Part shown: positions 20,531 through 34,533 of the stretch, piece by piece
Position numbering within the stretch: the stretch's first letter is position 1
Layout of the letters: every line of letters begins with the position of its first letter
Source of the DNA: Phyllobates terribilis
Lineage: Eukaryota
Assembly (NCBI RefSeq): GCF_046119375.1
Contig: NW_027362764.1
Coordinates: 501,952,001-502,016,000, forward strand
Length of the DNA: 64,000 bases
Reading direction: 5' to 3'
The notes under the pieces: model-generated
What the model was told of the DNA's origin: nothing
The model's database searches: none
What the model saw: the letters and a program-made list of their open reading frames with translations, nothing else
Made by a program: the position numbers and the translations under genes

Positions 20531-22140
20531 GGTTAGATGCAGAAAAAAATTATTTTTAATTTGCAACCTGATGGAGGTCAGTATAGATGGACTAATAGAC
20601 CAAGTCCCACACACCGCTAGAAGCCCAAATATTTTTTCAGAGCTAGATGCAGAAAATTTTTTTATTCAATTTGCAACCTGATGGAGGTCAGTATAGATGG
20701 ACTAATAGACCAAGTCCCACACACTGCTAGAAGCCCAAATATTTTTTCAGAGCTAGATGCAGAAAAAAATTATTTTTAATTTGCAACCTGATGGAGGTCA
20801 GTATAGATGGACTAATAGACCAAGTCCCACACACTGCTAGAAGCCCAAATATTTTTTCAGAGCTAGATGCAGAAAAAAATTATTTTTAATTTGCAACCTG
20901 ATGGAGGTCAGTATAGATGGACTAATAGACCAAGTCCCACACACCGCTAGAAGCCCAAATATTTTTTCAGAGCTAGATGCAGAAAAAAATTATATTCAAT
21001 TTGCAACCTGCTGGACGTCAGTATAGAAGGACTAATAGAACAAGTCCCACACACTGCTAGAAGCCCAAATATTTTTTCAGAGCTAAATGAAGAAAAAAAT
21101 TATTTTTAATTTGCAACCTGATGGAGGTCAGTATAGATGGACTAATAGACCAAGTCCCACACACTGCTAGAAGCCCAAATATTTTTTCAGAGCTAGATGC
21201 AGAAAAAAATTATTTTTAATTTGCAACCTGATGGAGGTCAGTATAGATGGACTAATAGACCAAGTCCCACACACCGCTAGAAGCCCAAATATTTGTTCAG
21301 AGCTAGATGCAGAAAATTTTTTTATTCAATTTGCAACCTGATGGAGGTCAGTATAGATGGACTAATAGACCAAGTCCCACACACTGCTAGAAGCCCAAAT
21401 ATTTTTTCAGAGCTAGATGCAGAAAAAAATTATTTTTAATTTGCAACCTGATGGAGGTCAGTATAGATGGACTAATAGACCAAGTCCCACACACTGCTAG
21501 AAGCCCAAATATTTTTTCAGAGCTAGATGCAGAAAAAAATTATTTTTAATTTGCAACCTGATGGAGGTCAGTATAGATGGACTAATAGAACAAGTCCCAC
21601 ACGCTGCTAGAAGCCCAAATATTTTTTCAGAGATAAATGAAGAAAAAAATTATTTTTAATTTGCAACCTGATGGAGGTCAGTATAGATGGACTAATAGAC
21701 CAAGTCCCACACACTGCTAGAAGCCCAAATATTTTTTCAGAGCTAGATGCAGAAAAAAATTATTTTTAATTTGCAACCTGATGGAGGTCAGTATAGATGG
21801 ACTAATAGACCAAGTCCCACACACCGCTAGAAGCCCAAATATTTTTTCAGAGCTAGATGCAGAAAAAAATTATATTCAATTTGCAACCTGCTGGAGGTCA
21901 GTATAGAAGGACTAATAGAACAAGTCCCACACACTGCTAGAAGCCCAAATATTTTTTCAGAGCTAAATGAAGAAAAAAATTATTTTTAATTTGCAACCTG
22001 ATGGAGGTCAGTATAGATGGACCAATAGACCAAGTCCCACACACTGCTAGAAGCCCAAATATTTTTTCAGAGCTAGATGCAGAAAAAAATTATATTCAGT
22101 TTGCAACCTGATGGAGGTCAGTATAGATGGACTAATAGAA
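20531..22140. repeat. 110-bp tandem array (~14.6 units) in the 5' region of the hAT
   Basis: AGCTAGATGC (or variant) recurs at 20641, 20751, 20861 ... 22071, exactly every 110 nt. Confidence 0.97.
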
Positions 22141-24239
22141 TGATGCTATGCCCAAAAGATTTTACTTCACTAGGTGCAGTAAAAAAATTGGTATTCTATA
22201 CACAGGTGGTATATCTTGCAACACAGATAGGCTACTCCACTGACTAACACACTCTGCAATAGGCCAAAAAGGATTAGCTTTGCTAGATTCAGCCAAATGC
22301 TGTGAAAAAAACTTGCACAGCACTGGCACAGACCTGCCTGGCAAAAACTGATAGGAACTGATGTAACCTAGTCCTGAAAAGGACTCCAATTACAATTAGT
22401 CTTTACTCCCACAATCTATCTATTTAAGAGCACAGACCTGCCTGATAAAAGTCGTAGGAAATGCTGTAACCTAGTCCTTAAAAGGACTGCAATCACAACT
22501 ATTCCCTACTCCCAAGCTATCTGTATATTTGTGCGAAAATTGGCTTGAAATTAACAAGGTATAGCGCACACAGCAACAGCGGTGCCGTCTAACACGCAGC
22601 TGCAGCAGTGAGAAAATGGTGGCGACGGGGAAAATGGCTTGGTCTTATAGGGCAAGGACATGTGACATACACTGCCAATCACACATGCCCTTGCTTGTGT
22701 GAAAAAAAGCACTTCGCTCCGTGTGTGCGCTGCTGATAGGCTGACAGATTGCACCTCCCCACTGCAAATGCGGGAAAGAGAAAAAAAAATGGAGATCTTC
22801 ATTGTTCCTGCAGAGATCCATCCCCTGCCCCTCCCCCCGCCCCGCTGTACACTCAAACTGCGTATTAACATTAATTTTCATCATTACTGAGAAAAAATCC
22901 AGTTATGATTTTGGTGCACGAACAGTTATCGAACATAACCTCGAACAGCCGAATTTTTCTCAAATTGTTCGTGTTCGCCGACCGGCTCGAACACCGCCCA
23001 AAACAGCTCGAATTTGAGATTGGCGAACAGTTCGAGTAGAACAACGCTCATCTCTACTGTTGAAGCCAGCAGGGAGTGGCTGTCTGTGGATGATTGGGAG
23101 GTAGTCAGCACCTGATCTTTAGGCGGGCTATATAATCATGCTCCCTGCTCAGTCCTTTGCTGTTTATTGCAGTTTCCCATGTGCTTTGTGGTTTGTGGCG
23201 TTAGCATTAGGTTTTGCTATTTGCTATTAGGGTTTTCTCATTTTTCCTTTTGGTTAAGCTTTCTGGGGTTCCTGCAGAGGTACTCACCTGGTCCTAGACT
23301 GGGCTACAGCAGTGTCACCAGTCGCCAGCTGTCCGGCAACAGTGGGCCTGGGAAGGGCTCTGCCAAATTCCCCCTTCCATTTAATGGGAGCTGGGTGAAA
23401 AGTATTTACGGCCCTCAAGAGCTTGCCTAGCAGGGCAGCTTGTGCCAAGTGCGTCTGTGGCTGCGTCTTTGCTGGTTTGATACCAGTCTTTTTGGGTCCC
23501 TCTTTGAAGCGCATAACTTTAATAAATATCATGTAGATAATGGTATAAGGTATCTCTACAAAACCCATGTGTGTAGACAATATCTTAAGAAGCCCTGGGT
23601 TATGAGATGAGAAGTAGCAGAGTATAGTCAGAACAACACTAAATCATATGAAAAAGATGCAAGTGTTGGGTGTATCCAGCATCACATCCATGTGATATGA
23701 AAAAAAAAACTCTACTATGGTATGGAGAAATGATGATAGAAAATCTTGTAAGGTATTAATGTTACAGATTTACAATAGTGATCTCTATAACAGGAAATAA
23801 CAGAAATATCATGTGGGTGATATTTATATTATATTATATTATACATATGTGGTGATATAAACAGTATTGAAAAACTAACAGGTTGGCAACAAAATTTATG
23901 GTAAACCCCAAATACCTAAATAAACATGACAGGAAACACATCTCATACCGCTTACAGCCATGCCCTATAAACAAAGCGATAATGGAGAATACAGAAAAAT
24001 AGAAGATAACCTTAATAGATTGCACTTGAAAATCATGTATGGAGGAATAGATGGATACAGCGTCAGATGAAAGGTGGCATAACTGCTGTGGAAGTACTGC
24101 TAGAATAAAGAGTTCAAAGACAGGAATATGAAGTAGTGAACAGGAAATGAAAGGCGGGGATATCTGGTCAGGTAATGAGTCATGTGTGGAGCTAGACTAG
24201 AAGTGCTGTAATGTAACATTGCGGGGGAGCAGAGGAAGT

Positions 24240-24745
24240 GCAACATACAAATATATTATTTCCCCTCTATAAATCACTTGTGAGGCCACATCTAGAATAT
24301 GTAATCCAGTTTTGGGCTCCACATCTTAAAAAGGATATTTGGAAGTTAGAGTCAGTTCAAAGGCAACTGGATTATTACAAGGGATGGAAGGCCTCTCATA
24401 CTCATATGGTAAGAGGTGGGAAAAGTTGGGCTTGTTTAGCTTAGCAAAAAGATGCCTCAGAAGAGATCTAATTTACATATATAAATATATGTGTGGTCAA
24501 TACAAGGGACTGTGACATGACTTTTTCCTTCCTTAGACCTTAAAAAAGCACCAGGGGCCATTCATTACATGTGGAGGAAAGGCTATTCTGGCACCTAGTT
24601 AGGAAAGGGTCCCTTACAGTTAGAGCAGTCAGACTGTGGAAAATTGACCAGAAAAGGTAATAATTGGATATGCTATAACAGCTTTTAAAAAAGGGCTGGA
24701 TGCTTTTCTCAAAACAAATGACATTGTGGGTTATAAATAATCTAG
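24240..24745 (+). mobile_element. CR1 LINE 3' fragment
   Basis: LYKSLVRPHLEYVIQFWAPHLKKDIWKLESVQR; downstream VRAVRLW and FKKGLDAFL-like segments. Confidence 0.85.
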
Positions 24746-26218
24746 AGCAGGGATCTGCAACATATGGCTCTGGGGCCCTTGCTGTGTCGCTTGCAGTTGT
24801 CTGCTTCATCGGCAAGGCAAACAGACAGGAGCAGGATAAAGTGCAGGAGGAGGAGGACGAGCCATGAAACGGTTAAGGCTGCCTCTTCCTTCTTGCTGGT
24901 GACATCATCCCCCTCAGCTCATGGCTGGTTTTGCCTCCTGATCTCTGTGTGTGCTCAGCATTGCAGGACAGTGAGAGTAGCTTCATATCAGTGAGTGGAG
25001 AGCACAGCAATTTGTCTCCACTGCTTATCTAGTGAATGCTAGTAGTAACCTGTGCAAATACTGAGACTGCTCTCAGCAGTAATAGGCTGGTTTCTAGAGC
25101 CCCCGTCTCACATAGTGAGATCGCTAGCGAGATCGCTGCTGTGTCACGGTTTTGGTGACGCAACAGCGACCTCACCAGCGATGTCGCTATGTGTGACACT
25201 TTGCAGTGATCAGGCCCCTGCTGTGAGGTCGCTGATCGCTGCAAAGTGTCCTGGACCATTTTTTGGTCGTTGCCCTCCCGCTGGTCAGCACACATCGCTG
25301 TGTGTGACCAGCAGGAGCAGCGATCAGGCTGGTAACCATGGTAAACATCGGGTTACTAGGGGCACACGCGCACCTAGTAACCCGTTGTTTACCATGGCTA
25401 CCACTCTGCTACAGTGAGCGGGAGGTTACCGCTCACTTTAGCAGGCTGGTAACCATGATAAATATCAGGTTACTAGGGGCACACACGCACCTAGTAACCC
25501 GCTCACTGTAGCAGAGTGGTAACCATGGTAAACATCGGGTTACTAGGTGCGCGTGTGCCCCTAGTAACCCGATGTTTACCATGGTTACCAGCCTGCTCCT
25601 GCTTCAGCAGCAGGCTGGTAACCAGGAGCAGGACATTGTGGAAAGATTCTTTCCACGATGTCGCTGCTCCCCTGATCGTTGGTGAGCCTGCCTGTTTGAC
25701 AGCTCACCAGCGACCACATAGCGACGCAGCAACGATCCCTGACAGGTCGTATCGTTGTCGGGATCGTTGCAGCGTCGCTAACTGTGACGGTGTTATGAAC
25801 TGCTACAAACACTAAGGAAAGATAGGAAAACTGTCCCTACAATAGGACTAAGCTGATTCCCTACGATGCAGCGGGGGACCTGTTCCTTGTGAACAGACCT
25901 GCCTAAGTCCTCGGCTAGTCTGAACGCAGACCTATAGATATAAGGGAGGGGTCCCTACAAGAACCAAGGACTGGGATATAGATGGACACCTCCTAGCAGA
26001 AATTGTAGCAGAGCAAAGACAAACAAACAGAAGTACTAGTGGTCAAAACACCAAGCAAACTACAGAGTAAGGTACAAAGCACCTAGCTAGTTTAAGAGTA
26101 AAAGTAACACTGAAGTCCAGCAAGGCCAGGAGGGCGGAGCTGGATTAAATAGGCAAAAAGTCATGTGACCAGCAAAATAGAAAAAACTAACAGGAGGGTT
26201 CAAACAGTACCCCCTCTT

Positions 26219-28810
26219 CTATGAGGATCCTCCGGATCCTTCAGGCCCAGGTTTATCAGGAAACCTCCTGTGAAACGCTACGACAAGTCTAGGAGCAGAG
26301 ACATCATCCGCCCTTACCCAGGAGTTATCCTCGGGACCGAAACCTTTCCAAGCGACGAGATACTGCAATCTCCCTCTATGCCATCTAGAATTAAGAATGA
26401 GAGAAATTTCATATTCACCGTCTTCCTCCACCGGAGGAACAGAGACAGTGGCGTCCCTATCAGAAATATCAGCTTTTTTCAATAAGGAAACATGAAACAC
26501 CGGATTAATCTTCCAGGAGGTAGGAACCTCCAACCTAACAGCAGATTGGTTAACTACCTGAAGCACCTTAAACGGACCCACAAACTTCGGGCCCAATTTC
26601 TTAGAAGGAATCCTCAACCGCAGATTTCTAGAGGACAACCAAACCATGTCACCAACAGTAAACAAAACCTCTTGACGTTTCCTGTCAAAGTACCTCTTGG
26701 ATTTTTTGTTAGCCTCTTGAAGGTTACGATGTACATCAGTCCAAACTCTCTCTAAATCACCGGAAAAATTCTCCTCCTCCGGCACAGCCGATACCAATTT
26801 GGAGAATGACCCAAACGACGGATGTCTCCCAGTACAACAAAAAAAGGGAGAACACCCAGCAGAAGAGGATGTATGGTTGTTAAGAGCAAATTCAGCCAGT
26901 GGCAGAAACTCAGACCACCCCTCTTGATTGTCAGCCACAAAACAACGCAAAAACTGTTCAACATCCTGGTTCTTTCTTTCTGTCTGTCCATTAGACTCAG
27001 GATGATAACCAGACGAAAATGACAAATGGACTCCCAACCTGTCGCAAAAGGCATGCCAAAAACGAGCCACGAACTGAGGTCCCCTATCGGAAACAATGTC
27101 GGTAGGAACGCCATGGAGCCTGACAATTTCTTTAACAAAAGCCTTAGCGAGTGTCTTGGCGCAGGGCAGTTTGATGAAGGGAACCAAATGACACATCTTG
27201 CTGAAACGGTCCACGACCACCCAGATAACAGTGCAACCCTTAGAGGCAGGAAGGTCAGTAATAAAATCCATAGCAAGATGCGTCCAAGGAGCACTAGGAA
27301 CCTCCAGAAGGCAAAGCAACCCCGCAGCAGGAGCATGTGAAGACTTAGATCTAGCACACACAGTACATTGACGCACCCACTTAATGACTTCCTTCTGCCA
27401 CCCAGGCCACCAAAAACTGCGACCTACAAGTCTCTTAGTCTCTGAAATTCCTGGATGACCTGCCAACCGAGACTCATGACATTCCACAAACAAATCTCTC
27501 TTAAAGTTCCTAGGCACAAACAACCTCCCATGGGGAGTGTTAGATGGGGCATCCTCCTGGGCTTTCAGAATCCCATCTTCCAAAACGGAGTCCAATGCTG
27601 CTATCACAACACCTTCCTGTAAAATGCTCTCCTCCTCCTCGGTACCAACCATGGGAGAAAAACTGCGAGATAAAGCATCAGCTTTTACATTCTTGGTACC
27701 CGGAATGTAAGTAACAGAAAAATTAAACCGCGGAAAAAAAAGTGCCCACCTAGCTTGACGGGCATTCAAGCGCTTGGCAGCATCAAGATAGATCAGATTC
27801 TTAAGATCAGTAAAAACCTGAATGGGAAATTTAGCACCTTCCAAGAGATGACGCCAATGTTCAAATGCGAGTTTAATCGCCAGCAATTCCCGATTACCGA
27901 CATCGTAATTAAGTTCGGTCTCAGAAAATTTTTTTGAAAAAAAAGCACAGGGATGTACTCCATCCTTGTTTTCCTGAGACAAAACATCACCGACCCCCAC
28001 CGAAGAAGCATCAACCTCGACCAAAAAAGGCTTGGTCTCATCAGGCTCCATAAGGATGGGGGCAGAACTGAACCTCTCCTTGAGATACACAAAAGCTTCA
28101 ATGGCCTCAGTAGTCCACTGAACCGTATTCTCACCTTTCCTGGTGAGATCGGTCAGCGGCTTAACAATTATAGAAAAATTCTTAATGAATTTTCTGTAAT
28201 AATTGGCGAAACCCAAAAATCTCTGTATTGGTTTCAAACCAATAGGCCTAGACCATTCCTGCACTGCCTGAACCTTCACCGGGTCCATCTCAAAGCCCTC
28301 GCTGGAGATAATGTAGCCCAAAAAACTGATTCTCTGCACAGCGAACTCACATTTCTCCAGCTTAGCAAAAAGTGAATTGTCGCTTAACAACTGCAATACC
28401 TCACGTACGCTCTGCCAATGAGAATCCAGTTTCGGCGCAAAAATCAAAATGTCATCCAAATACACCACCACATTCTTACCGATCAACGGTCTTAGGATGT
28501 CATTAATAAGGTTCTGAAAAAACGCTGGTGCGTTGGTAAGACCAAAGGGCATAATCAGATTCTCAAAATGACCCACTGGAGTGTTAAAAGCAGTTTTCCA
28601 CTCATCACCTTCCTTCATACGTAATAAATTGTATGCCCCCCGGAGATCAATCTTAGAGAACCACTTGGCCCCCACTAACTGGTTGAACAAGTCAGGAATT
28701 AATGGCAGTGGGTAGGAATTGCGTACTGTAATTTTATTAATTTCGCGAAAGTCCAGACATGGACGTAAACCGCCGTCCTTTTTTTTTACAAAAAAAAATC
28801 CAACAGCCAC
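26219..28810 (-). CDS. pol: Pol RT-RNaseH-integrase-chromodomain
   Basis: [98 protein letters not shown]. Confidence 0.97.
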   Translation of the reverse strand: MAVGFFFVKKKDGGLRPCLDFREINKITVRNSYPLPLIPDLFNQLVGAKWFSKIDLRGAYNLLRMKEGDEWKTAFNTPVGHFENLIMPFGLTNAPAFFQNLINDILRPLIGKNVVVYLDDILIFAPKLDSHWQSVREVLQLLSDNSLFAKLEKCEFAVQRISFLGYIISSEGFEMDPVKVQAVQEWSRPIGLKPIQRFLGFANYYRKFIKNFSIIVKPLTDLTRKGENTVQWTTEAIEAFVYLKERFSSAPILMEPDETKPFLVEVDASSVGVGDVLSQENKDGVHPCAFFSKKFSETELNYDVGNRELLAIKLAFEHWRHLLEGAKFPIQVFTDLKNLIYLDAAKRLNARQARWALFFPRFNFSVTYIPGTKNVKADALSRSFSPMVGTEEEESILQEGVVIAALDSVLEDGILKAQEDAPSNTPHGRLFVPRNFKRDLFVECHESRLAGHPGISETKRLVGRSFWWPGWQKEVIKWVRQCTVCARSKSSHAPAAGLLCLLEVPSAPWTHLAMDFITDLPASKGCTVIWVVVDRFSKMCHLVPFIKLPCAKTLAKAFVKEIVRLHGVPTDIVSDRGPQFVARFWHAFCDRLGVHLSFSSGYHPESNGQTERKNQDVEQFLRCFVADNQEGWSEFLPLAEFALNNHTSSSAGCSPFFCCTGRHPSFGSFSKLVSAVPEEENFSGDLERVWTDVHRNLQEANKKSKRYFDRKRQEVLFTVGDMVWLSSRNLRLRIPSKKLGPKFVGPFKVLQVVNQSAVRLEVPTSWKINPVFHVSLLKKADISDRDATVSVPPVEEDGEYEISLILNSRWHRGRLQYLVAWKGFGPEDNSWVRADDVSAPRLVVAFHRRFPDKPGPEGSGGSS

Positions 28811-30411
28811 AGGTGACTTAGAAGGTCTAATGTGACCAAGCTTGTCTGTATGTATTCCTCCAAGGTCTTTCTCTCAGGGACAGTAAGATTAAATAAGCGA
28901 CTCTTGGGAAGAGTTGCTCCAGGGACAAACTCAATAGTGCAATTGACGCGCCCCCTGGGCCTGTGCTGTGCAGGGGGATACCCGGAGCCGGATCGCTGGG
29001 GGTTGTAGTTCTTCGTGGCGGTGACCCGGTCCGTGCCCAGGGTGGTCAAACCAGTGGCAGTCTATTGGTGTTATAAGTGTCCGACTACGCCACCCGTGGA
29101 TTGCGGTCAGTGGGGACCACCGCTGCGCTGCCGACCGCTGAGGCTGATGTTGGTTGCGCAGCCGAGTATGGGATAACTCCCCACGGGAGGAGTATTGCCT
29201 CAGGGCAGCTAATGTGAGAGATGATGGGAGTGATGGTGTGAGGGTCCCAGTGCTAATGGTGCTGGAGCGGCAAGGAATCACAGAGACGTGAGGTGCAGTT
29301 CAGGGTCTTTACTGATGGTACAAGGCAGACCCTCCCGGGAGTACTGGCTAGTATAAGGGGCCTGGTCAGTCTGCGAGCAAGCAGGAGTTCCCCTGGCCAG
29401 GTGGAGTTGTAGGCCTCCCCGTTAATCTGCACTCTTCCTGGCTACCTTGCTGTCAGCGGTTACAAGTAGCCCACGTCCCTGAGTATACCGTGTGGTGCTC
29501 ACCCGTATGGCTGGTGACCTGGGGCCTTCTGTTAGCCTCCGCTCCTCGATGGCGGCGCTGGTCCCTTCTTTGTGACTGAGCCTCCGGGCTTCTATGGCCA
29601 GAGGACCTGGAATCCCCTGCCGGCTGGTTTCTGCTGCTGGGTGTAGATCAGTCCCCACAGCCTCGGACTCCTGTGTCCGGTTTTAGTGTCCTTGTCCAGG
29701 GCGAGCTCTGCTCAGCTCCAGCCCCTGGACTTCTGCTACTGCTCCTACAGAGCTCCTAGTTCTTCCTTTCCCTCTCCAGGCTCTGACTGCTCTAATCCCG
29801 CCCCAGACCCAGTTTAAAAGGGCAGATTCCTCCCCTCCCAGGTCTGGGCGGACCGTGTTGCATGTTTAGGGATCCTGACCAGAGAAACCTCCCACTTGCT
29901 CTCAGACATAATATCTCTATTACTGCGGCAACCAGACCCCTGGGGTGTCGCATTCCCCCCTAGTAAATTTTAGTACTCCGGGACTAAACACATTTTTTAA
30001 AGAAACATAAATACAAGGTATAACAATAACAAGACAACATATTTACAAGAAGCTTTAGTCTGTAGAGGTCACGGCGTTTCCGTGACCGGGTGTCCATATC
30101 ACCCAAGGTGAAGTTTTGGCACAGAATAGGGGACCTGTCCAAAGCAAACCCCTTGACTTGTCCTTGGGCGTGGCTGCAAGGGTAGACTAACTACTTTGGG
30201 CCGCAAGGAGGCCACGCCAGACAGGTTTTCTCTTCCGCGGCCGTCTTCACAAGAGGCACCAAGGTGCAACTATCTACAATACTGTTCCGGTTATCCAGTG
30301 TCCATAACCTGTTAGTCCAAATAAATCTGCAGGGTAACTGAGAAACATAATTAGTAACAGGCAACAAACATAAACCATAAACAGTCAACTTCACAGTGCA
30401 CTGGTTTAGAT

Positions 30412-33400
30412 TCTCCAGCGAGCGGGCATCTGACCTCTAGTGACTCTAGTGGACCTACGGAGCTCACTAACTGGTTCTGCACTACAGGGTGTAGGAGGTG
30501 TTATGGGCAAGCTGGGCAGCTTTCTGCGCACTCTTTGGCTCAGTAGGGGCACAGCAGGCTCACTACTAGCAGAGGGTTGATCCTCCTGTACTGCTGGTGT
30601 GGACTCTTCTGCCTCTTGGGCCGGCTACTCTTCCAGCTCTACCGGTTCCTCTGTAGGCACTTGCGGGGCTGGCTGGAGAAAGGTGAGGACGGGTACCACG
30701 ACAGCGCCGTTTACTTGTGTCCAAGACCGGGGGAAGTCTCCGAGTACGGTACTGATCATTTCTTCCCTTTCCTCTGCGGGTTGAGGGTTTTCTTGATCTT
30801 CTTCAGGGCTTTGCAGCTGCTCGGGACACTTCTTCAGGTGGTCTCTGGAGACAATGGCTGTGGTTTCTCCTCCATCCTTACTGATTACGCAGATTTTTGG
30901 GTTCTCATGGCTTGATGGCAGTACGGTGTACGGGTCCTTCTCCCACTGGTCGTCCAACTTGTGGAGCCGCCTTTTCCTCTTCAAGACCTGCTCTCCAGGT
31001 ACCAGGGGAACAGCGGGAGCATACTGGTTATAAGCCTTCTCTTGCCTTTCTCTAGCTTGAGACAGACTTCGCTCGACGCTCTCCTGTACTTTCCGATACT
31101 GCTGCTGCCGTTCTGTATCCCAGTCTGCCTCTGGCGAGGTGTCCTCAGGCGTCAGGACTCCCATATCCAGGTCAATAGGCAGCTTACCAGGTCTTGCTCT
31201 CATTAGGTAAGCAGTTGGTGGAACCTACAGGGATGTGGTTATACAGGTCCACCAGATCGGGCAGTTTATCAGACCACAGACTGCGTTCTTCCAGGGGCAA
31301 TGTTTTTAGCAGATCTATCACCACCTGGTTCATCTTCTCGCAGAGTCCATTGGTTTGAGGGTGATAGGGCGTTGTTCTTATCTTCTTGCAGCCATACAGG
31401 TTGCAGAACTCCTGGAAGACCTCCGCTTCAAAGGCTGGTCCTTGGTCTGTCAGCACTTGGTCCGGGTACCCGTGTGGATGGCAGAAGTGCTGCTGGAAGG
31501 CTCTAGCTGCTGTTTGAGCCATTAAGTCCTTGACCGGGACCACCACCAGGAACCGGGAGTAATGATCTACGATTGTGAGGGCGTAGACATACCCAGATCT
31601 GCTTGGAGCCAGTTTCACATGGTCCAGGGCTACCAGTTCCAGTGGCTGTCTGGTGATGATGGGCTGCAGGGGAGTCTTCTGGCTGGCACGGTCTTTTCTT
31701 CTCAGGTGGCACGGGCCACAGTCTCTGCACCACCTCTCGATGGCTCCTCTCATGCCTACCCAGTAGAACCGTTCACGCAACAAGAACTCCAGCTTCTTCC
31801 ATCCGAAGTGTCCTGCTCCGTTGTGGTATGCCTCCAGAACCATAGCCGCGTCTCGTCTTGGGACCACTACCTGCCAGGTCAACTCATGTGTTCGAGAGTT
31901 AACCATTCTCCGGCACAGCTTCTCCCTGTAGAGGAACAGCTTACTTTTCTCCTTCCACAGTTGCTTGGTCTCCTCCGGAGCATCTGGGTCAAGACGGGCA
32001 TCGGCCTGGGTCAGCATTTCCTTCACCAAATGGACTGCGGGATCACTGTCTTGCGTCTCCGCCCAGTTGTAGTGGGGCAAGGGATTGAACGTCACGGAGC
32101 GCCTGTCCTTCACACGGTGGGAATACAGGGTAATCCCATGACGGTGGAACGCAGGGAGCTCAACTTCTTCCAGATCTTCTGGATCTTCCCCTACGTCCGG
32201 TAAGTTCGGCATTCTAGACAGGGCATCCGCGTTGGCATTTGAACGTCCTGCCCGGTATTTGATGGTGAATTCAAAGTTGGACAGGCGGGCCATCCATCTC
32301 TGTTCCAGGGCACCGAGCCTTGCAGTGTCCAGGTGTGTCAACGGGTTGTTATCCGTGTACACGGTGAATTTGGAGGAGGCAAGGTAATGCTTGAAACGTT
32401 CAGTCACTGCCCACACTACTGCCAGGAACTCCAGCTTGAATGAGCTATAATTCTCAGGGTTCCTCTCCGTGGGCCGTAGCTTTCGGCTGGCGTAAGCGAT
32501 TACCCGTTCTTTCCCTTGCTGGATCTGGGACAGTACGGCTCCTAGCCCGATGTTGCTTGCGTCCGTGTGGAGGATAAAGGGCTGGCTGTAGTCTGGATAT
32601 GCCAGGATTTCATCCCCCGTGAGGGCCATCTTCAGCTGGCAAAAGGACTCTCTTCCAGCTTTTCCCACCTGAAGGGCGGCTTCTGGTTTTTGGCTTTCCG
32701 AGATTGACCTATCAGGAGTTCCTGCATAGGGGCTGCCATTTTGGTGAAACCGGGAATGAATCTTCGGTAGTAGCCTACCAACCCGAGGAACTGCCGCACT
32801 TCCTTTATGCTGGAGGGTCTTGGCCAGTCCTTAATTACGGTGATCTTATCAGGGTCGGGAGCCACTCCGTCAGCACTCACCACGTGTCCCAGGTATTGCA
32901 CCTTTGGTTTCAGGAGGTGACACTTGGAGGGTTTCACCTTTAGGCCGTAGTTTGCCAGAGCTTCGAACACTTCTGCCAGGTGTTTCAGGTGGTCCTCGTA
33001 GGTCTTGGAATAGACGATGACATCGTCCAGGTATAACAGGACCGTCTCGAAGTTCCGGTGTCCCAGACAGCATTCCATCAACCGTTGGAAGGTTCCTGGT
33101 GCGTTGCAGAGCCCGAACGGCATACAATTGAATTCGCTGAGACCCATCGGGGTGGTGAATGCGGTCTTCTCCCGGTCCGCCTCTGCTACAGGAACCTGCC
33201 AGTACCCGCTAGTGAGATCCAAAGTAGAGAAGAAGTTAGCAGATTTTAATGCAGCTAAGGACTCTTCTATCCTTGGTAACGGGTACGCATCTTTGTGTGT
33301 GATACGGTTGACCTTCCTGTAGTCTACACACATTCTCATGGTGTTGTCTTTCTTTTTCACTAAGACTAGTGGAGCTGCCCAGGGGCTACAGCTGTCCCTG

Positions 33401-34533
33401 ATTACCCCAGCCTCCTTCATGTCTCTAAGCATCCCCTTGGCATGTTGGTAGTGTGCCGGGGGTACGGGTCGGTATCTCTCCTTTATGGGAGGATGGTCTC
33501 CTGTGGGGATGTGGTGTTCTACCCCCTTTACTCGCCCGAAGTCTAGCGGGTGTTTACTAAACACTCTCTCGTACTCTCGAACCACCCGATAGACTCCCTG
33601 TTTCTGGTGTGAGGGAGTGGAGTCAGTACCCAAATGCAGTTGCTGACACCAGTCCTCCATTGGTTTCTTAGAGCCGTTACCTTCCTCTGGTTGAGATGGA
33701 GGCAAGGTTTCCACGGCCTGTACAGAATTCTGGTTTATGGTGAACAATTTGGCTAGCGTGGCATACCGGGGCAGGTGTACGTCTCTCTCCCCGATATTTA
33801 TGATGCGAACGGGCACCCTCCCATGGCGTACATCGACCACCCCCCGTGCTGTCAAAATGGTGGGCCTACTGTCTGAGTAGACGGGTTCTACCATTGCTTG
33901 GTAGTCTCTACCTCTTAGACCAATAGCTGCCCGGCACCAAATCATCATCTCACTTTTTGGGGGCATGGCAATAGGGAACGGGTCACACATTCTCACGCTA
34001 CCTATCTCACCACCAGATAGTTCCACCTGTTGCCGCTTCATCAGTGCCCGGATCTCTTTTTGGAGCACACGCTGCTGGCCGGAACTGGCGTTCTTGGCAA
34101 CCTGCTGTAAAATGAGAATCACCTCTGCAAGACAATTTTCAATCACATTAGTTCCCAAGGTTATTCTAGGGTGACTCTCATGACGGTCTATGTCCACTAT
34201 AATCAGTCCTTGTGCCGCCAGTTCGACTTTACCGATCTTAATGGTCACCTCTTTGAATCCCACCTGCGGCACGGGCTGACCATTGCTTGTGATGATACTC
34301 AGGTCGTCATCTGGGTAGCGGGTTATGTCCGAGTCATTCCAGTACTGCTTAAAGAGCACGTACGGGATGGTGGTCACCTGTGACCCAGTGTCTAGTAGGG
34401 CACTCATAGGAATGCCATCCAGTACCACAGGCAAGATTGGACGTCCCCCTACGTATTTATCACGCCAGTTCGATGGGCCTGATGATCTTATGCCTGGGGG
34501 TTGGCCCTCTACCCCAGGTTGTGCCCGTTTAAA
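30412..34533 (-). pseudogene. pol: Pol (PR-RT-RH-IN) broken by frameshifts near 32640 and 31200 and a late stop
   Basis: LLDTGSQVT, CVDYRK, YLDDVIVYS, DASNIGLG, HNGAGH..C..C, LDHV/DHYSRF, LRRSTR tail; spread over ORFs 32632-34653, 31184-32668 and 30625-31203. Confidence 0.93.

Larger units (their letters stand above)
14623..23056 (-). mobile_element. hAT DNA transposon (8434 bp) with internal cargo
   Basis: TIRs TAGTGTTGAGC / GCTCATCTCTA; perfect 8-bp TSD CTGTTGAA (14615-14622, 23057-23064); TTCG/CGAA subterminal repeats at both ends; transposase ORF on minus. Confidence 0.95.
14326..23517 (+). repeat. Possible solo LTR (14326-14622 + 23057-23517) interrupted by the hAT element
   Basis: Starts TGTTACA; TATA-like GCTATATAA at ~23127; U5-like end GCATAAC; no clean TSD found. 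Confidence 0.35.

Noticed and set aside
20531-22140. CRISPR-like array
   Set aside because: Whole 110-bp units repeat with no unique spacers; no cas genes; eukaryotic transposon context.
30625-31203. env-like third ORF in the nested Gypsy
   Set aside because: It is the frameshifted continuation of integrase (YLMRARPGKLP...DQWEKDPYTV); no signal peptide, furin site or transmembrane segment seen.
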